Notes under the pieces: model-generated | What the model was told of the DNA's origin: nothing | What the model saw: the letters and a program-made list of their open reading frames with translations, nothing else | Database searches by the model: none | Part shown: one piece after another, positions 1 through 10,433 of the stretch | Layout of the letters: each line of letters opens with the position of its first letter | Position numbering within the stretch: the first letter of the stretch is position 1 | Position numbers and translations under genes: made by a program | Assembly: GCA_964639725.1 (NCBI GenBank) | Contig: CAZXFB010000020.1 | Location: 2,384 to 66,383, forward strand | Direction of reading: 5' to 3' | Source of the DNA: an uncultured Rikenellaceae bacterium | GTDB lineage: Bacteria > Bacteroidota > Bacteroidia > Bacteroidales > VadinHA17 | DNA length: 64,000 bases

Positions 1-822
1 GATCTGCTGGTAAAGGAAGGGCTTATTATCCGGGCAGGAATTAATGTTGGTAAAGATATTTCAGGATACGAACTAATGAACCAATTTGATGCTGTCTGTA
101 TAGCTGTTGGATCGAGTAATCCCCGCGATTTAATGGCAGAAGGAAGGGACCTGATGGGGATTCATTATGCCATGGACTTTCTGACGCTGCAGAACCGTGT
201 TAATTCAGGAATGATTAAAATGACTGATAACCCAATAAATGCTGAAGGAAAGAAAGTACTTGTTATAGGTGGAGGCGATACAGGTTCGGATTGTGTGGGT
301 ACTGCAATCCGTCAGAAAGCAGCAAGTGTGATACAGATTGAGATAATGCCGAAGCCAACAATGACCAGAACGGATGATAATCCCTGGCCATACTATGGTA
401 AAGTCTTGAAAACTTCAACATCACATGAAGAGGGTTGCGAAAGATTATGGAGTCGTAAAACCGTTAAATTTACAGGATCAGAAAATAATGTTACAGGTGT
501 TGAAACAGAAGATGTTGTATGGGAATATAAAAATGGCCGTCATTCAATGGAAATAATCCCTGGAACCAGAAGAAAGATTGATGCCGGGTTGATTCTACTT
601 GCAATGGGGTTTATCCATCCAGTCATGGATAGTCTCCTTGCAGAGCTAGATCTGGGACCAAATAGTGGAAGAAATATCCTTAATAGCCGGGAGATATTGA
701 GCAGCAACCCAAAAGTATTTGCTGCCGGTGACATTGTTAGTGGTGCCAGCCTGGTCGTAAATGCAATTGCATCAGGAAGGAAAGCTGCCAAGGATATTGA
801 TAAGTTTCTGATGAAACATTAA
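1..822 (+). CDS. gltD: Glutamate synthase small (beta) subunit-like NAD(P)H oxidoreductase, 5-prime truncated by window edge
   Basis: Frame 1 is open from nt 1 (DLLVKEGLIIRAGINVGKDI...) into ORF 76..822. It has the GGGDTGSDCVGTAIRQ dinucleotide motif and a C-terminal AAGDIVSGASLVVNAIASGRKAA FAD motif typical of GltD. Confidence 0.8.
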   Translation, partial: DLLVKEGLIIRAGINVGKDISGYELMNQFDAVCIAVGSSNPRDLMAEGRDLMGIHYAMDFLTLQNRVNSGMIKMTDNPINAEGKKVLVIGGGDTGSDCVGTAIRQKAASVIQIEIMPKPTMTRTDDNPWPYYGKVLKTSTSHEEGCERLWSRKTVKFTGSENNVTGVETEDVVWEYKNGRHSMEIIPGTRRKIDAGLILLAMGFIHPVMDSLLAELDLGPNSGRNILNSREILSSNPKVFAAGDIVSGASLVVNAIASGRKAAKDIDKFLMKH

Positions 823-882
823 AGTCGAATTTTCTCTTTAAATGGCAGATAATGAAGGTTAGCATCTCATATTCTTAATCAA

Positions 883-2055
883 TCATCCGGATACCGGAAA
901 TTTCCTCATGATGTCTAAAGAAAATATTGTCCCCGATTCTTCATTACTTATAAAACTCACTTTGCCTTTAAGATAGTTTTCTGTCAGCAGCTTTATGCTA
1001 TAGGTGCCTATACCCCTGCCTTTCCCTTTTGTTGAGAAAGACCTCTGAAATATCTGCATCTGGACCTCTTTTGGCATTACTGAATCATTTTTTATCCAAA
1101 ATCTCACTCTATCACCTGAATTATCAATCCCTGCCGTAACAGAACCACCTGCCTCAGTTGCTTCAAGAGCATTTTTTAAAAGATTAATGAGTATTCGTTG
1201 AAGAAGCATAGCGTCTGACTCAATATCCGATTCATAAGAATTTTTGTCGGTATTTATTATTCTTGTCTTTGCACAATCATGATATTGAATACTTTTTATT
1301 GCCAGATTTAGAGTTTTCAGGGTACCTAACTTTTCAATCTTTACCTTCATTTCTCCATCCTCTGCAGCCTTTAACTGCTTAAAGAACATGATCTGTTCAA
1401 TCAGACTCCTGCTTGCTTCTTCAGAAAGGTCAATAAGTTCATGCGTTTCCTTTGGGTCGGTTCCATCTTTTAGAATCTGTAGCAAACCATTTAGTCCTCC
1501 GGCAATGTTAATAATATCATGAAAAAAAATTCTTTCAAGTGCAATCCGTCTTTTCTCATCGCTTTTGTCCTCAAGAGTCAAAATATAAAAATCCTGACCC
1601 GTGATATTGACTGGTGTTGATTTAACGTACAGATCCCAACTCTTCATCTGGCCATTGATCATTGAAGTTATTCGTGTCTCTCTGCCAATCTGCTTCCCAC
1701 TCCTCTGGCTCTCCAGAATAGTATTTACTGCTCCACAATATACACATGACATAGATGTCCCGCACCCTCCGGTTTCTTCATCAGAATGCACACATGATAA
1801 GATCTCACCTGGCCTCTTTCCTAAAATTGGTATTAATGACTTTAATCCTAATAAGTCAAGAAGATCATTATTGGCAAAAATTATCTGCCGGTTTTTATTG
1901 ATTATTGCGCCAATACCTGGAATTGATCCAAAAAAATCAGAAAAAAACTTCTGAGAATCAATAAGCTCATGGTCATTCATTAAGTCATGAACAGTAGATC
2001 TTGAAGCAGGAGCAAAATGAGTTTTTTCTTCCATCCAATAAAAAGAATAACACAA
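883..2055 (-). CDS. Cytoplasmic sensor histidine kinase with PAS-like N-domain carrying a Cys4 motif
   Basis: H-box FFHDIINIAGGL is present. The HATPase N/G boxes are LINLLKNALEA and STKGKGRGIGTYS. No TM segment is seen. C88-x9-C98-x5-C104-x2-C107 lies at nt 1735-1794. An alternative start is M8 at 2034. Confidence 0.75.
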   Translation of the reverse strand: MCYSFYWMEEKTHFAPASRSTVHDLMNDHELIDSQKFFSDFFGSIPGIGAIINKNRQIIFANNDLLDLLGLKSLIPILGKRPGEILSCVHSDEETGGCGTSMSCVYCGAVNTILESQRSGKQIGRETRITSMINGQMKSWDLYVKSTPVNITGQDFYILTLEDKSDEKRRIALERIFFHDIINIAGGLNGLLQILKDGTDPKETHELIDLSEEASRSLIEQIMFFKQLKAAEDGEMKVKIEKLGTLKTLNLAIKSIQYHDCAKTRIINTDKNSYESDIESDAMLLQRILINLLKNALEATEAGGSVTAGIDNSGDRVRFWIKNDSVMPKEVQMQIFQRSFSTKGKGRGIGTYSIKLLTENYLKGKVSFISNEESGTIFSLDIMRKFPVSG

Positions 2056-2440
2056 TTTCTATAAAAAAAAGGTATGTTGTTATTATTCAAAAAACGTAAA
2101 TATATAAATCATTCCCATATAAAATTACTTACAGAAAAGTAAATCATTACAAAAAAAACTTAAGAAGGTCTATCAGTATCAGTACATAGGAAATAATTCA
2201 TAGTAAAAGCTATTTAAAGTAAATTAAGTCAAAATTACTTTCAGTTAAAGACAATGATAACCAAGTGTCAGATACAAAAAATAAAAGAATAAGTTACAAT
2301 GAATGCATAATGCATATTCAGACTGCTTGATGTATCTTAGGGCAATGTGGTCTACTGGAAGTTTTTATTATATTCCCGTAAGAAAAAACTGATCGGATTA
2401 AGAGGCTGAATTTTATTAATATATTGTATAGCAATACTTT

Positions 2441-4450
2441 ATGACAAGAAAAATATTTCGTTTTATATATTTTTTTATAATAATCTCAGGGACAAATGAT
2501 TTGTTCTGTCAGGTGATCGATTCCACTACTTTCAGTTTAATTTCGCGGCAAAGTTTTTATTCCTTTGAGAAATCTGCCGAAATGGTGCTCTTTGTGCCAC
2601 CAACGATGACAGAAAGGAATATAGAAATAGATTTAAGAATTGAAGGTAAAACCATATATTCATGGAAAGGAAAGCCAGGTAATAGAATTATCAGGCTTTG
2701 CTTTCCAGTTGCTTTTACTCCTGCAGTTTATAAAACCGAAATAAATATTGTTACAGTTCCTTCCAATTCAATTCAATATTATTCAAAGACAAGCTTAAGA
2801 ATTCTGAATTATAAACCAAACGAAGTAAAGACAGACAGGATAACAGGCGGTTTAATAGTTAATAAAAGAGAATTCTTCCCGTTCGGATTTTACACTTACT
2901 CACCAGTATCCCCAACATTACCTGAGGAGGAAGTGGTCAGGGGATTTAATATGATTTCACCATATCAAAAGGTATTGCCGGAAACTCTGAACGAAAGGAA
3001 AGCTTATATGGATAGATGTGCTCAACTTGGTATGAAAGTCCACTATAACTTGCTATCGGTCTCAGGAGGAGGTGGTGTAGGATCAAAAATAGAGGGATTA
3101 TCAGAGGAAGATAAAAAATACATGTTGCTGGAAGAGATAAAAACATTCATGAATCATCCGGCCCTGCTGGCATGGTATATTTCTGATGAACCAACCGGGA
3201 ATAAAATAACCCCGGAACAACTTGAAAAAATATACAGAATGGTTCAGGAGGCTGATCCATGGCATCCTGTTTCAATAGTTTTTATGGCTCCGTTTATCCT
3301 TGCAAAAAAATATACCAATGCTCTTGACATTGTAATGGCAGATCCATATCCTGTTCCTGACTTACAGATATCCCTTGTTGGTGAAGTTACAAAACAATTA
3401 AAGGATGAATTTAAAGGCAAAAGGCCTGTATGGATTGTAACACAGGCTTTTGGAGGAGGCGAATGGTGGAGACGGGAACCGACAATTCAGGAGATTAGAT
3501 CAATGACTTACCAGGCTCTGATAAACGGGGCAACTGGTATTCAGTATTTTGTCCGCCAGGGGCCTAATTATTTTCCAAAATCAACCGCAACATGGGGCGA
3601 GTGTGGAAGAATGGCAACTGAGATTGCTGAATTAACTCCATGGTTATTATCAGAAGAAGTAGCTCCGGAAGTCAGAATATTCTCACAAAATATAATCGCT
3701 GCCACAAGAATTCACAACGGTCAGATGATAGTTTTGGCAGTTAACAGAAGGAATGAGCCATCCAGATCAGAGATATTGATCGAAAACGGCTATACTGGCA
3801 GGGCAAAGGTTTTGTTCGAAAACAGGAGTATAACAGTTATGGGTGGACTGATATCTGAATCAATACCTGCTTTTGGATCACAGGTATATCTGATAAATTT
3901 AAAACCTGTGCCAAAGGAACATTCAACATCCTCCGATAATCTAATAACAGATCCCGGGTTTGAAGATCTGTCATCTCCAGGAGTGCCAGCATCCTGTTAT
4001 GCCCGTCCCGGCGGTGACAGAGGTGCAACTTTCTTTACTGACACCAGGGAACATTTTCAGGGAACCCATTCACTCAGATTGATCACTCCTGAGAATAATA
4101 AAAGTGCTGTTGTCAGATTTTTTCCTGTTCAGGTTTCTGCCGGATGTTCCTATATGATCTCCTTATGGGCTAAAGCTGATCCTGAACAAAGACCTGGTAC
4201 TGGAGAATATTACAACTCTGTTAACAAAGGATTACCTGACTCAACACCTCAGTGGGTTGAAGTATCAGCAGGTGATTTTTCAAGAGCCAGGTTCGTTCCT
4301 GATGACCAATGGAGAAAATATGTAACATTTGTTACAATTCCATCTGACACTCTGCAAACATTTAAAACAAACATCCTTCTTAAAATGCCGGGAGCTGGGG
4401 TAGCTTGGTTCGATGATCTGGAGGTTATTAAAGATATTCTCCAGGAGTAG
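2441..4450 (+). CDS. Secreted putative clan GH-A TIM-barrel glycosidase with C-terminal CBM4/9-like module
   Basis: N-terminal signal peptide. LLAWYISDEP resembles the NEP/DEP acid-base strand of clan GH-A enzymes. The C-terminal NLITDPGFEDL...W...DDLEV region resembles a carbohydrate-binding jelly-roll. The family is not identified. Confidence 0.45.
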   Translation: MTRKIFRFIYFFIIISGTNDLFCQVIDSTTFSLISRQSFYSFEKSAEMVLFVPPTMTERNIEIDLRIEGKTIYSWKGKPGNRIIRLCFPVAFTPAVYKTEINIVTVPSNSIQYYSKTSLRILNYKPNEVKTDRITGGLIVNKREFFPFGFYTYSPVSPTLPEEEVVRGFNMISPYQKVLPETLNERKAYMDRCAQLGMKVHYNLLSVSGGGGVGSKIEGLSEEDKKYMLLEEIKTFMNHPALLAWYISDEPTGNKITPEQLEKIYRMVQEADPWHPVSIVFMAPFILAKKYTNALDIVMADPYPVPDLQISLVGEVTKQLKDEFKGKRPVWIVTQAFGGGEWWRREPTIQEIRSMTYQALINGATGIQYFVRQGPNYFPKSTATWGECGRMATEIAELTPWLLSEEVAPEVRIFSQNIIAATRIHNGQMIVLAVNRRNEPSRSEILIENGYTGRAKVLFENRSITVMGGLISESIPAFGSQVYLINLKPVPKEHSTSSDNLITDPGFEDLSSPGVPASCYARPGGDRGATFFTDTREHFQGTHSLRLITPENNKSAVVRFFPVQVSAGCSYMISLWAKADPEQRPGTGEYYNSVNKGLPDSTPQWVEVSAGDFSRARFVPDDQWRKYVTFVTIPSDTLQTFKTNILLKMPGAGVAWFDDLEVIKDILQE

Positions 4451-4536
4451 GTATCTGATAAGCTTAAGAGGGATGATCAGAGTCAGAGAATTAAAGGGAA
4501 TAAAAATGTGCAAATAAGAAATAAATTCTAAAACAT

Positions 4537-6597
4537 ATGAGACAAGTAATTACCACTCTGTTTATTGTATCATTGGTTTTACTTACAGGATGTAAAGATA
4601 AAAATGTGAACAGGTTTTATCACGGGAATCCGGAACCATTAATTCAGAATGCCTATATCAAACTACCTCTTGGTTCTATAAAACCAGCCGGATGGCTAAA
4701 GTCTCAGCTTGAGGTGCAAGCTGCAGGACTGACAGGAAACCTTGATGATTTCTGGCCTGACCTTGTTAATTCATCATGGAGGGGTGGAGATGGGGAAGCC
4801 TGGGAAAGAGGACCATATTTTCTCGATGGACTGATTCCTTTGGCATATATGCTTAACAATAATACTCTAATTGAAAAATCTGAAAAATGGATAGAAAAGA
4901 TTATCGCAAGTACGAGTGACTCAGGATGGTATGGACCGGTCAAGAACAAGGACAGGTGGCCACTTGCTGTAGCAAACAAAGTACTGATGCAATATTATGA
5001 GGCAACAGGCGATACAAATGCATTAAATGTACTTATCAGATATTTCCGCTACCTGCATAATACTCCTCCAGACTGGCCTGATAAGGAGTGGCGCGGGGTA
5101 AGAGCTATGGAGAATGCTGTTACAGGCTACTGGCTATACCGGCAGACAGGAGAGAAATGGATACTTGAGACTATTGAATCGATACAGAGAAACAGTTCTG
5201 ACTGGACCAGCTATTATGAAAAGTTCCCATGGGATTCAGCAGCTTCTGCCGATAATAAAATACCTCTTAACTGGAATTCCGATGGAATGACGGCTCATGT
5301 TGTTAATAACGCAATGGCTATAAAATATCCCGGACTATGGTATCAGCAGTCAAATGATGAAAGATTCAAAAATGCTGTTTTTGAAGGAATAAGCAAATAT
5401 GACAGGAATCACGGACAGGTTGGGGGAAGGTTTTCAGGTGATGAACATCTGTCCGGGAAAAATCCTACCAGGGGAACTGAGTTATGCTCTGTAGTTGAGT
5501 ACATGTATTCACTCGAGGAGCTTTATGCAATTTTTGGTGATAACAGATTGGCTGACCGGCTTGAATCACTTACTTTCAATGCGTTGCCAGGAACAACAAC
5601 ACCTGATTTATGGGCTCATCAGTATGACCAGCAATCTAACCAGATTCTTATCAATAGTGATAAAAGAGATTGGAGCACAAATGGCAATTTCTCAAATATT
5701 TATGGATTAATGCCTAACTATGGATGTTGTCTGGCGAATATGCATCAGGGATGGCCCAAATTCACCGGAAGTCTATGGATGGCAACAAATGACAATGGTC
5801 TTGTAGCAGTCGCTTATTGTCCATCAACAGTTAAGGCATTTGTAGGCAAAGGGACCGAGGTGACAATAAGTGAAGAAACAGAATATCCATTTAAGGGTTC
5901 TATAAAGCTGACAATCAACACAAAAAAAACTGTTAAATTTCCCCTATATCTCAGGATTCCAGGGTGGGCAGATACCGTTTCAATCAGTTTTAAAAACAAA
6001 TCTATTCAGGGAATCCCTGGCTCTACAGTGAAAATAATGGAAAAATGGAAAGATGGTGATATTGTATTTATGAATATCCCTTTGAAAATAAGAACTGAAA
6101 GACGCTTTAATAATTCAGTATCAATCCTTCGTGGTCCTCTTTATTTCTCACTAAGAATAGACAAGGATTACAAAAGTGTAAAAATCAACTATGATAATCC
6201 AAACTTTAAGGGAAGCATCGACTGGGAGATAAATCCAAAAAGCGATTGGAATTTTGGACTTATGATCGACATGTTTAATCTTAATAGAGGAATCAATGTA
6301 ACTGAGAATAATATTGAGAAATATCCATTTGCAGACAGAGGTGATATGATCTGGTCACCTGATTCCTCGGCATATAAGCTATGGGATAAGGATGCGCCAG
6401 TAGTCATAAAAACACGGGGATTAAAAATTCCCCAATGGACAACTAAAAACTCCTCAGCAGATATCCCGCCTCTAAGTCCTGTTAAGCCAGGAGGTAATCC
6501 TATTGTCATTGAATTAGTGCCATATGGATGTGCAAAGCTAAGAATAACAGAATTTCCGTTGATAGATGTTGTTTTTATGGAGACTGTTATAAAGTAA
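4537..6597 (+). CDS. DUF1680 / GH127-like beta-L-arabinofuranosidase family lipoprotein
   Basis: Lipobox LLTGC. GTELCSVVEY (Glu-x-Cys) and NYGCCLANMHQGWPKF (Cys-Cys) match the Zn/catalytic Cys signature known for GH127 HypBA1-type enzymes. Confidence 0.7.
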   Translation: MRQVITTLFIVSLVLLTGCKDKNVNRFYHGNPEPLIQNAYIKLPLGSIKPAGWLKSQLEVQAAGLTGNLDDFWPDLVNSSWRGGDGEAWERGPYFLDGLIPLAYMLNNNTLIEKSEKWIEKIIASTSDSGWYGPVKNKDRWPLAVANKVLMQYYEATGDTNALNVLIRYFRYLHNTPPDWPDKEWRGVRAMENAVTGYWLYRQTGEKWILETIESIQRNSSDWTSYYEKFPWDSAASADNKIPLNWNSDGMTAHVVNNAMAIKYPGLWYQQSNDERFKNAVFEGISKYDRNHGQVGGRFSGDEHLSGKNPTRGTELCSVVEYMYSLEELYAIFGDNRLADRLESLTFNALPGTTTPDLWAHQYDQQSNQILINSDKRDWSTNGNFSNIYGLMPNYGCCLANMHQGWPKFTGSLWMATNDNGLVAVAYCPSTVKAFVGKGTEVTISEETEYPFKGSIKLTINTKKTVKFPLYLRIPGWADTVSISFKNKSIQGIPGSTVKIMEKWKDGDIVFMNIPLKIRTERRFNNSVSILRGPLYFSLRIDKDYKSVKINYDNPNFKGSIDWEINPKSDWNFGLMIDMFNLNRGINVTENNIEKYPFADRGDMIWSPDSSAYKLWDKDAPVVIKTRGLKIPQWTTKNSSADIPPLSPVKPGGNPIVIELVPYGCAKLRITEFPLIDVVFMETVIK

Positions 6598-6617
6598 TAA
6601 TGAATAATTTATGAATA

Positions 6618-6650
6618 TCGGATAACTAATTGGAAGTTGCTTTTATCCGA
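6618..6650. terminator. Weak hairpin between convergent genes
   Basis: TCGGATAA (6618-6625) pairs perfectly with TTATCCGA (6643-6650) across a 17-nt loop. There is no strong T-run. Confidence 0.3.
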
Positions 6651-6671
6651 AATTTCATATACTACTCATTA

Positions 6672-8468
6672 TTAAATGATTAATGAGCTTGTCTTATCCT
6701 GTAACCATTCCTGTTCCTCAGACGTAAGATAAGGACTCAGTTTTTCGTAAACTTCGGCATGATATGAATTAAGCCAGTCAGTTTCACGTTTCCCCAGTAA
6801 GGATTTTTCAATCAAAGTTTTATCGATATAACATAAGGAAACTGTGTCGAATTTATAGAATTTCCCGAATTCAGTCTCTTCATCTTCATAACATATAAGC
6901 AGGTTTTCGATCCTGATTCCATACTTTCCTTCAAAATAAATGCCAGGTTCATCAGATATAAGCATTCCTGTTTCAATAATTGTCTTCAAGTCCTTACCAG
7001 ATGAAGGGCTTATATTTTGAGGGCCTTCATGAACATTTAGGCAGAATCCCACCCCATGCCCTGTGCCATGACCATAATTAAGTCCATTATCCCATAATGC
7101 TTTCCGGGCAATCATATCCAACTGGTATCCCTTTGTCCCGGCCGGGAATTTGGCCATTGCAAGATTAATAGTTCCCTTAAGTACCAGTGTGAAATTCCTT
7201 TTTTGTTCAGAGGATGGTTTCCCTAAAACAATTGTCCTGGTAATATCTGTTGTTCCATCAAGATAGTGGCCACCGGAATCAATTAGAAGTATCCCGTCGG
7301 ATCCGATTAATGAATCGGTTTCAGGTGTGGCAGAATAATGCGGCAGTGCCCCATGTTCATTATATGCAACAATAACTGAAAAAGCAGGACAGAGATAATT
7401 TTCCTGTTCTGATCTAAACTGCCTGAGCTTTTCTGCCAGGGAAAGTTCTGATATAGAAACTGATCCATGGTTATTTTCAAACCAGTAAAAAAACTTTGTC
7501 AAAGCCACACCATCCTTTATCATTACCCGTCCAATGTTTTCTATCTCAACTTTGTTCTTAACAGCTTTCATCCGGGTTGGTATACTTATATCTTCTTTAA
7601 TTGTCATCCCCGCAGGGATTGAATTATATAATGCCGCGGAGGTCGTTTCCGGAGTAATCAGGATTGTTGCCCTATGAGACAATGTTGACAACATTCCGGC
7701 TGTTTCTTCATAAGGGAGAAGAATAATAGAAAGCTTATCAAATTCAGTGGCAAGTTTCAATGGGATTTTTTCTTCCTCAGCAAACAAAAGAATCTGTGCT
7801 TCATCAATTATGGCGAACGATGTCAATAAAGGGCTGTATTTAAAATCATTGCCACGGATATTAAGAAGCCACATAATATCATCAACCGAGGTAAGAAGGT
7901 GATAATCCACACCTAGCCGACTCATCTCTGCACGGACTTCACTTATTTTGGCACTTCTATCTTTTCCACAAAAAACTTCAGGATGATCAAAGGCCGGAGA
8001 ACCTGAAATTGGAGGACGCTCCCTCCATAATTCAGAAATAAGATCACATTCAACGTCAATACAGATATTCTTTACTTCTGCCTGTGCCTTAAGATTCCTT
8101 AATTCCCCTATCGATATAGTTCGACCGTCAAGTGCAATTCTTTTTCCGGTGCTGACGTTATAAGTCAGCCATTCAATATAGCCATTCCTCTCAGGAGCGC
8201 CGTTTTTCATAAGAGTAAATACAGAACCAGTGAGTTGATTTTCAGCCTGGACAAAATAACGTGAGTCGGTCCAGAGACCAGCAAATGATTCTGTAATAAC
8301 CACAGTAGCAGCAGATCCGGCAAACCCTGTTAACCAATCAATTATACGCCAATGATCTGTTACGTTAAATCCTAGATGCGGATCCGTGGAAGGTATAATA
8401 TAGGCATCAATGTTATTTTTTCTCATTGAAACCCTCAGAAGGGAGACTCGTTCAGAGTAAGGATTCAT
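6672..8468 (-). CDS. pepP: Xaa-Pro aminopeptidase (M24B, creatinase-like N-domain)
   Basis: HGTGHGVGFCLNVHEGP and SDEPGIYFEGKYGIRIEN are M24 metal-ligand motifs. The start is taken at the internal Met MNPYSE (8468) rather than the ORF-track 8507. Confidence 0.85.
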   Translation of the reverse strand: MNPYSERVSLLRVSMRKNNIDAYIIPSTDPHLGFNVTDHWRIIDWLTGFAGSAATVVITESFAGLWTDSRYFVQAENQLTGSVFTLMKNGAPERNGYIEWLTYNVSTGKRIALDGRTISIGELRNLKAQAEVKNICIDVECDLISELWRERPPISGSPAFDHPEVFCGKDRSAKISEVRAEMSRLGVDYHLLTSVDDIMWLLNIRGNDFKYSPLLTSFAIIDEAQILLFAEEEKIPLKLATEFDKLSIILLPYEETAGMLSTLSHRATILITPETTSAALYNSIPAGMTIKEDISIPTRMKAVKNKVEIENIGRVMIKDGVALTKFFYWFENNHGSVSISELSLAEKLRQFRSEQENYLCPAFSVIVAYNEHGALPHYSATPETDSLIGSDGILLIDSGGHYLDGTTDITRTIVLGKPSSEQKRNFTLVLKGTINLAMAKFPAGTKGYQLDMIARKALWDNGLNYGHGTGHGVGFCLNVHEGPQNISPSSGKDLKTIIETGMLISDEPGIYFEGKYGIRIENLLICYEDEETEFGKFYKFDTVSLCYIDKTLIEKSLLGKRETDWLNSYHAEVYEKLSPYLTSEEQEWLQDKTSSLII

Positions 8469-8614
8469 TTTTAGCCAGTGCGAAAACCTTAAGTTCAGAA
8501 AATACAATCAGTTAACTGAAACAGGTACTGGAATTGTTTAAAGACACCTTCATAAAAATCTGCATTGCCCGGCAGAAAATATCTGAAATTTGACCTGTCC
8601 CACTTATGTTCATA

Positions 8615-8642
8615 AACTTTTAACCTGAAATGGTTAAAAGTT
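8615..8642 (-). terminator. Hairpin just downstream of pntB stop
   Basis: AACTTTTAACC (8615-8625) and GGTTAAAAGTT (8632-8642) form a perfect 11-bp stem with a 6-nt loop. The downstream tract is not U-rich. Confidence 0.3.
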
Positions 8643-8651
8643 ATTTCCTGG

Positions 8652-10088
8652 TTATAAACTTTTTACTTCGTTGACAAGGCTCTGGAGTGTACCCTTAGCG
8701 TCGCCAAACAGCATTCTTGTTTTATCGTTGAAGAAAAGCATATTTTCAATAGCTGCATAACCTTTCCCCATACCTCTTTTCATAACAATAATGTTTTTAG
8801 CATCACGTGCTTTAATAATTGGCATACCGTATATAGGACTTGAAGGATCATCCTCTGCAGCAGGATTAACAACATCATTAGCGCCGATTACAACAAGTAC
8901 ATCAGTGTTTGGAAGATCAGGATTGATCTCATCGCTTTCAATTAATTGCTCATAGGGTACATCTGCTTCAGCAAGTAAAACATTCATATGCCCAGGCATA
9001 CGTCCTGCAACAGGATGAATGGCATATTTCACTTCAACTCCCTTTTCTTCAAGAAGTTTATCCAGTTCATGACAAATATGTTGTGCCTGAGCAACTGCCA
9101 GCCCGTAGCCAGGAACTATTACTACTTTTTTGGAATAACTCAATAACACTGCAGAATCGGTAAGCGAGATTTCTTTCACTGAACCTCCGGCAACAATATT
9201 TGAGGCTCCACCTCCACCGAACACACCCACAATCACATTCAGAAGCGAACGGTTCATTGCACGACACATCAAAATCGTCAGGATAGTTCCGGCAGATCCA
9301 ACAAGTATTCCCCCGGTCAGCATTGCCTGGTTATTGTAAAGAAATCCTCCCATAGCTGCAGCAACACCGGTAAAAGAGTTCAGCAGCGATATAACCACTG
9401 GCATATCTGCACCTCCGATTGGCATTACAAACAGAACACCATATACCACAGAGATCACGAACATTATATATATCAAAGGAGTAAGCTCAGCACTGGCTTG
9501 AACATCGCGGGTCATGATATAGACAATGAAACCTATTAAAACACCTAAAATGGTCAGGTTCACATACTTCATTGCCTTAATACGCATATCGCCTATCCAT
9601 CCGTCAAGCTTACCAAATGCGATCATACTTCCTGCCCACGAAACTGTTCCGATCATAAGACCAAGTAGTATTGCAAGTACATGACCATTAGCCATTCCGC
9701 TTTTGGCAATAAGCTCAGGACTGACATGAGGGAATTCCATCATCGAGATTAGAGCTGCTGCTGCACCACCCATACCATTAAAGAAGGAAACAAGCTGAGG
9801 CATTGCTGTCATCTTGACCTTTTTGGCAATTACCCATCCGATAATTGTTCCAATTAATATCGCAGTTAATATTAAACCTATATTACCAATAGGCTTGCCA
9901 TCTTTCTGATGAAAAAGAATAGTTGCAATAATTGCGAGTACCATACCTGCCGCTGCAAGAATATTACCCTTTCGTGCTGTAAGAGGATGGCTCAGCATTT
10001 TGAGTCCTAGAATGAACAGTACAGATGCAATTATATAGGTTATTTCGAGTACTGATATTCCTGTGGTGAATTGAGATATATCGTTCAT
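8652..10088 (-). CDS. pntB: NAD(P) transhydrogenase subunit beta
   Basis: Multi-TM N-half plus a soluble C-terminal dIII domain (VIVPGYGLAVAQAQ, HPVAGRMPGHMNVLLAEA, GANDVVNP). Confidence 0.9.
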   Translation of the reverse strand: MNDISQFTTGISVLEITYIIASVLFILGLKMLSHPLTARKGNILAAAGMVLAIIATILFHQKDGKPIGNIGLILTAILIGTIIGWVIAKKVKMTAMPQLVSFFNGMGGAAAALISMMEFPHVSPELIAKSGMANGHVLAILLGLMIGTVSWAGSMIAFGKLDGWIGDMRIKAMKYVNLTILGVLIGFIVYIMTRDVQASAELTPLIYIMFVISVVYGVLFVMPIGGADMPVVISLLNSFTGVAAAMGGFLYNNQAMLTGGILVGSAGTILTILMCRAMNRSLLNVIVGVFGGGGASNIVAGGSVKEISLTDSAVLLSYSKKVVIVPGYGLAVAQAQHICHELDKLLEEKGVEVKYAIHPVAGRMPGHMNVLLAEADVPYEQLIESDEINPDLPNTDVLVVIGANDVVNPAAEDDPSSPIYGMPIIKARDAKNIIVMKRGMGKGYAAIENMLFFNDKTRMLFGDAKGTLQSLVNEVKSL

Positions 10089-10122
10089 TATGTTGATCTT
10101 TTGCGTTTAAACCTCAGATAAT

Positions 10123-10425
10123 TTATTTCTTCTTCTTGAACATTTCGAGCATTCTGTCGGTAACAACAAATCCGCCAACTACATTAAGTGTTCCCAGAAC
10201 GACTGCAAGAAAGCCTAAAATCACCGAACCCGTTGTTTCAGCATGTCCCATAACTATTATGGCACCAATTATTACAACACCATGTATGGCATTAGCACCC
10301 GACATAAGGGGAGTATGAAGAATTGCAGGTACATGGCTAATAACCTCAATACCTAAAAAAATTGAAAGGATAACAATGAATATTGCCTCTCTGTGTAATA
10401 AGAAAAAACCTAATATATTTTCCAT
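10123..10425 (-). CDS. pntA: NAD(P) transhydrogenase alpha subunit, membrane part (PntAB)
   Basis: A 100-aa, 3-TM protein with LMSGANAIHGVV, located between the pntAA-like and pntB genes. Confidence 0.85.
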   Translation of the reverse strand: MENILGFFLLHREAIFIVILSIFLGIEVISHVPAILHTPLMSGANAIHGVVIIGAIIVMGHAETTGSVILGFLAVVLGTLNVVGGFVVTDRMLEMFKKKK

Positions 10426-10433
10426 GAGTTGTC

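Noticed and set aside
2056-2440. A 385-bp AT-rich divergent intergenic region that might hide a small gene or RNA.
   Set aside because: There is no ORF of 60 aa or more, no convincing stem-loops, and only trivial A/T-rich repeats. It is most simply two divergent promoter regions.
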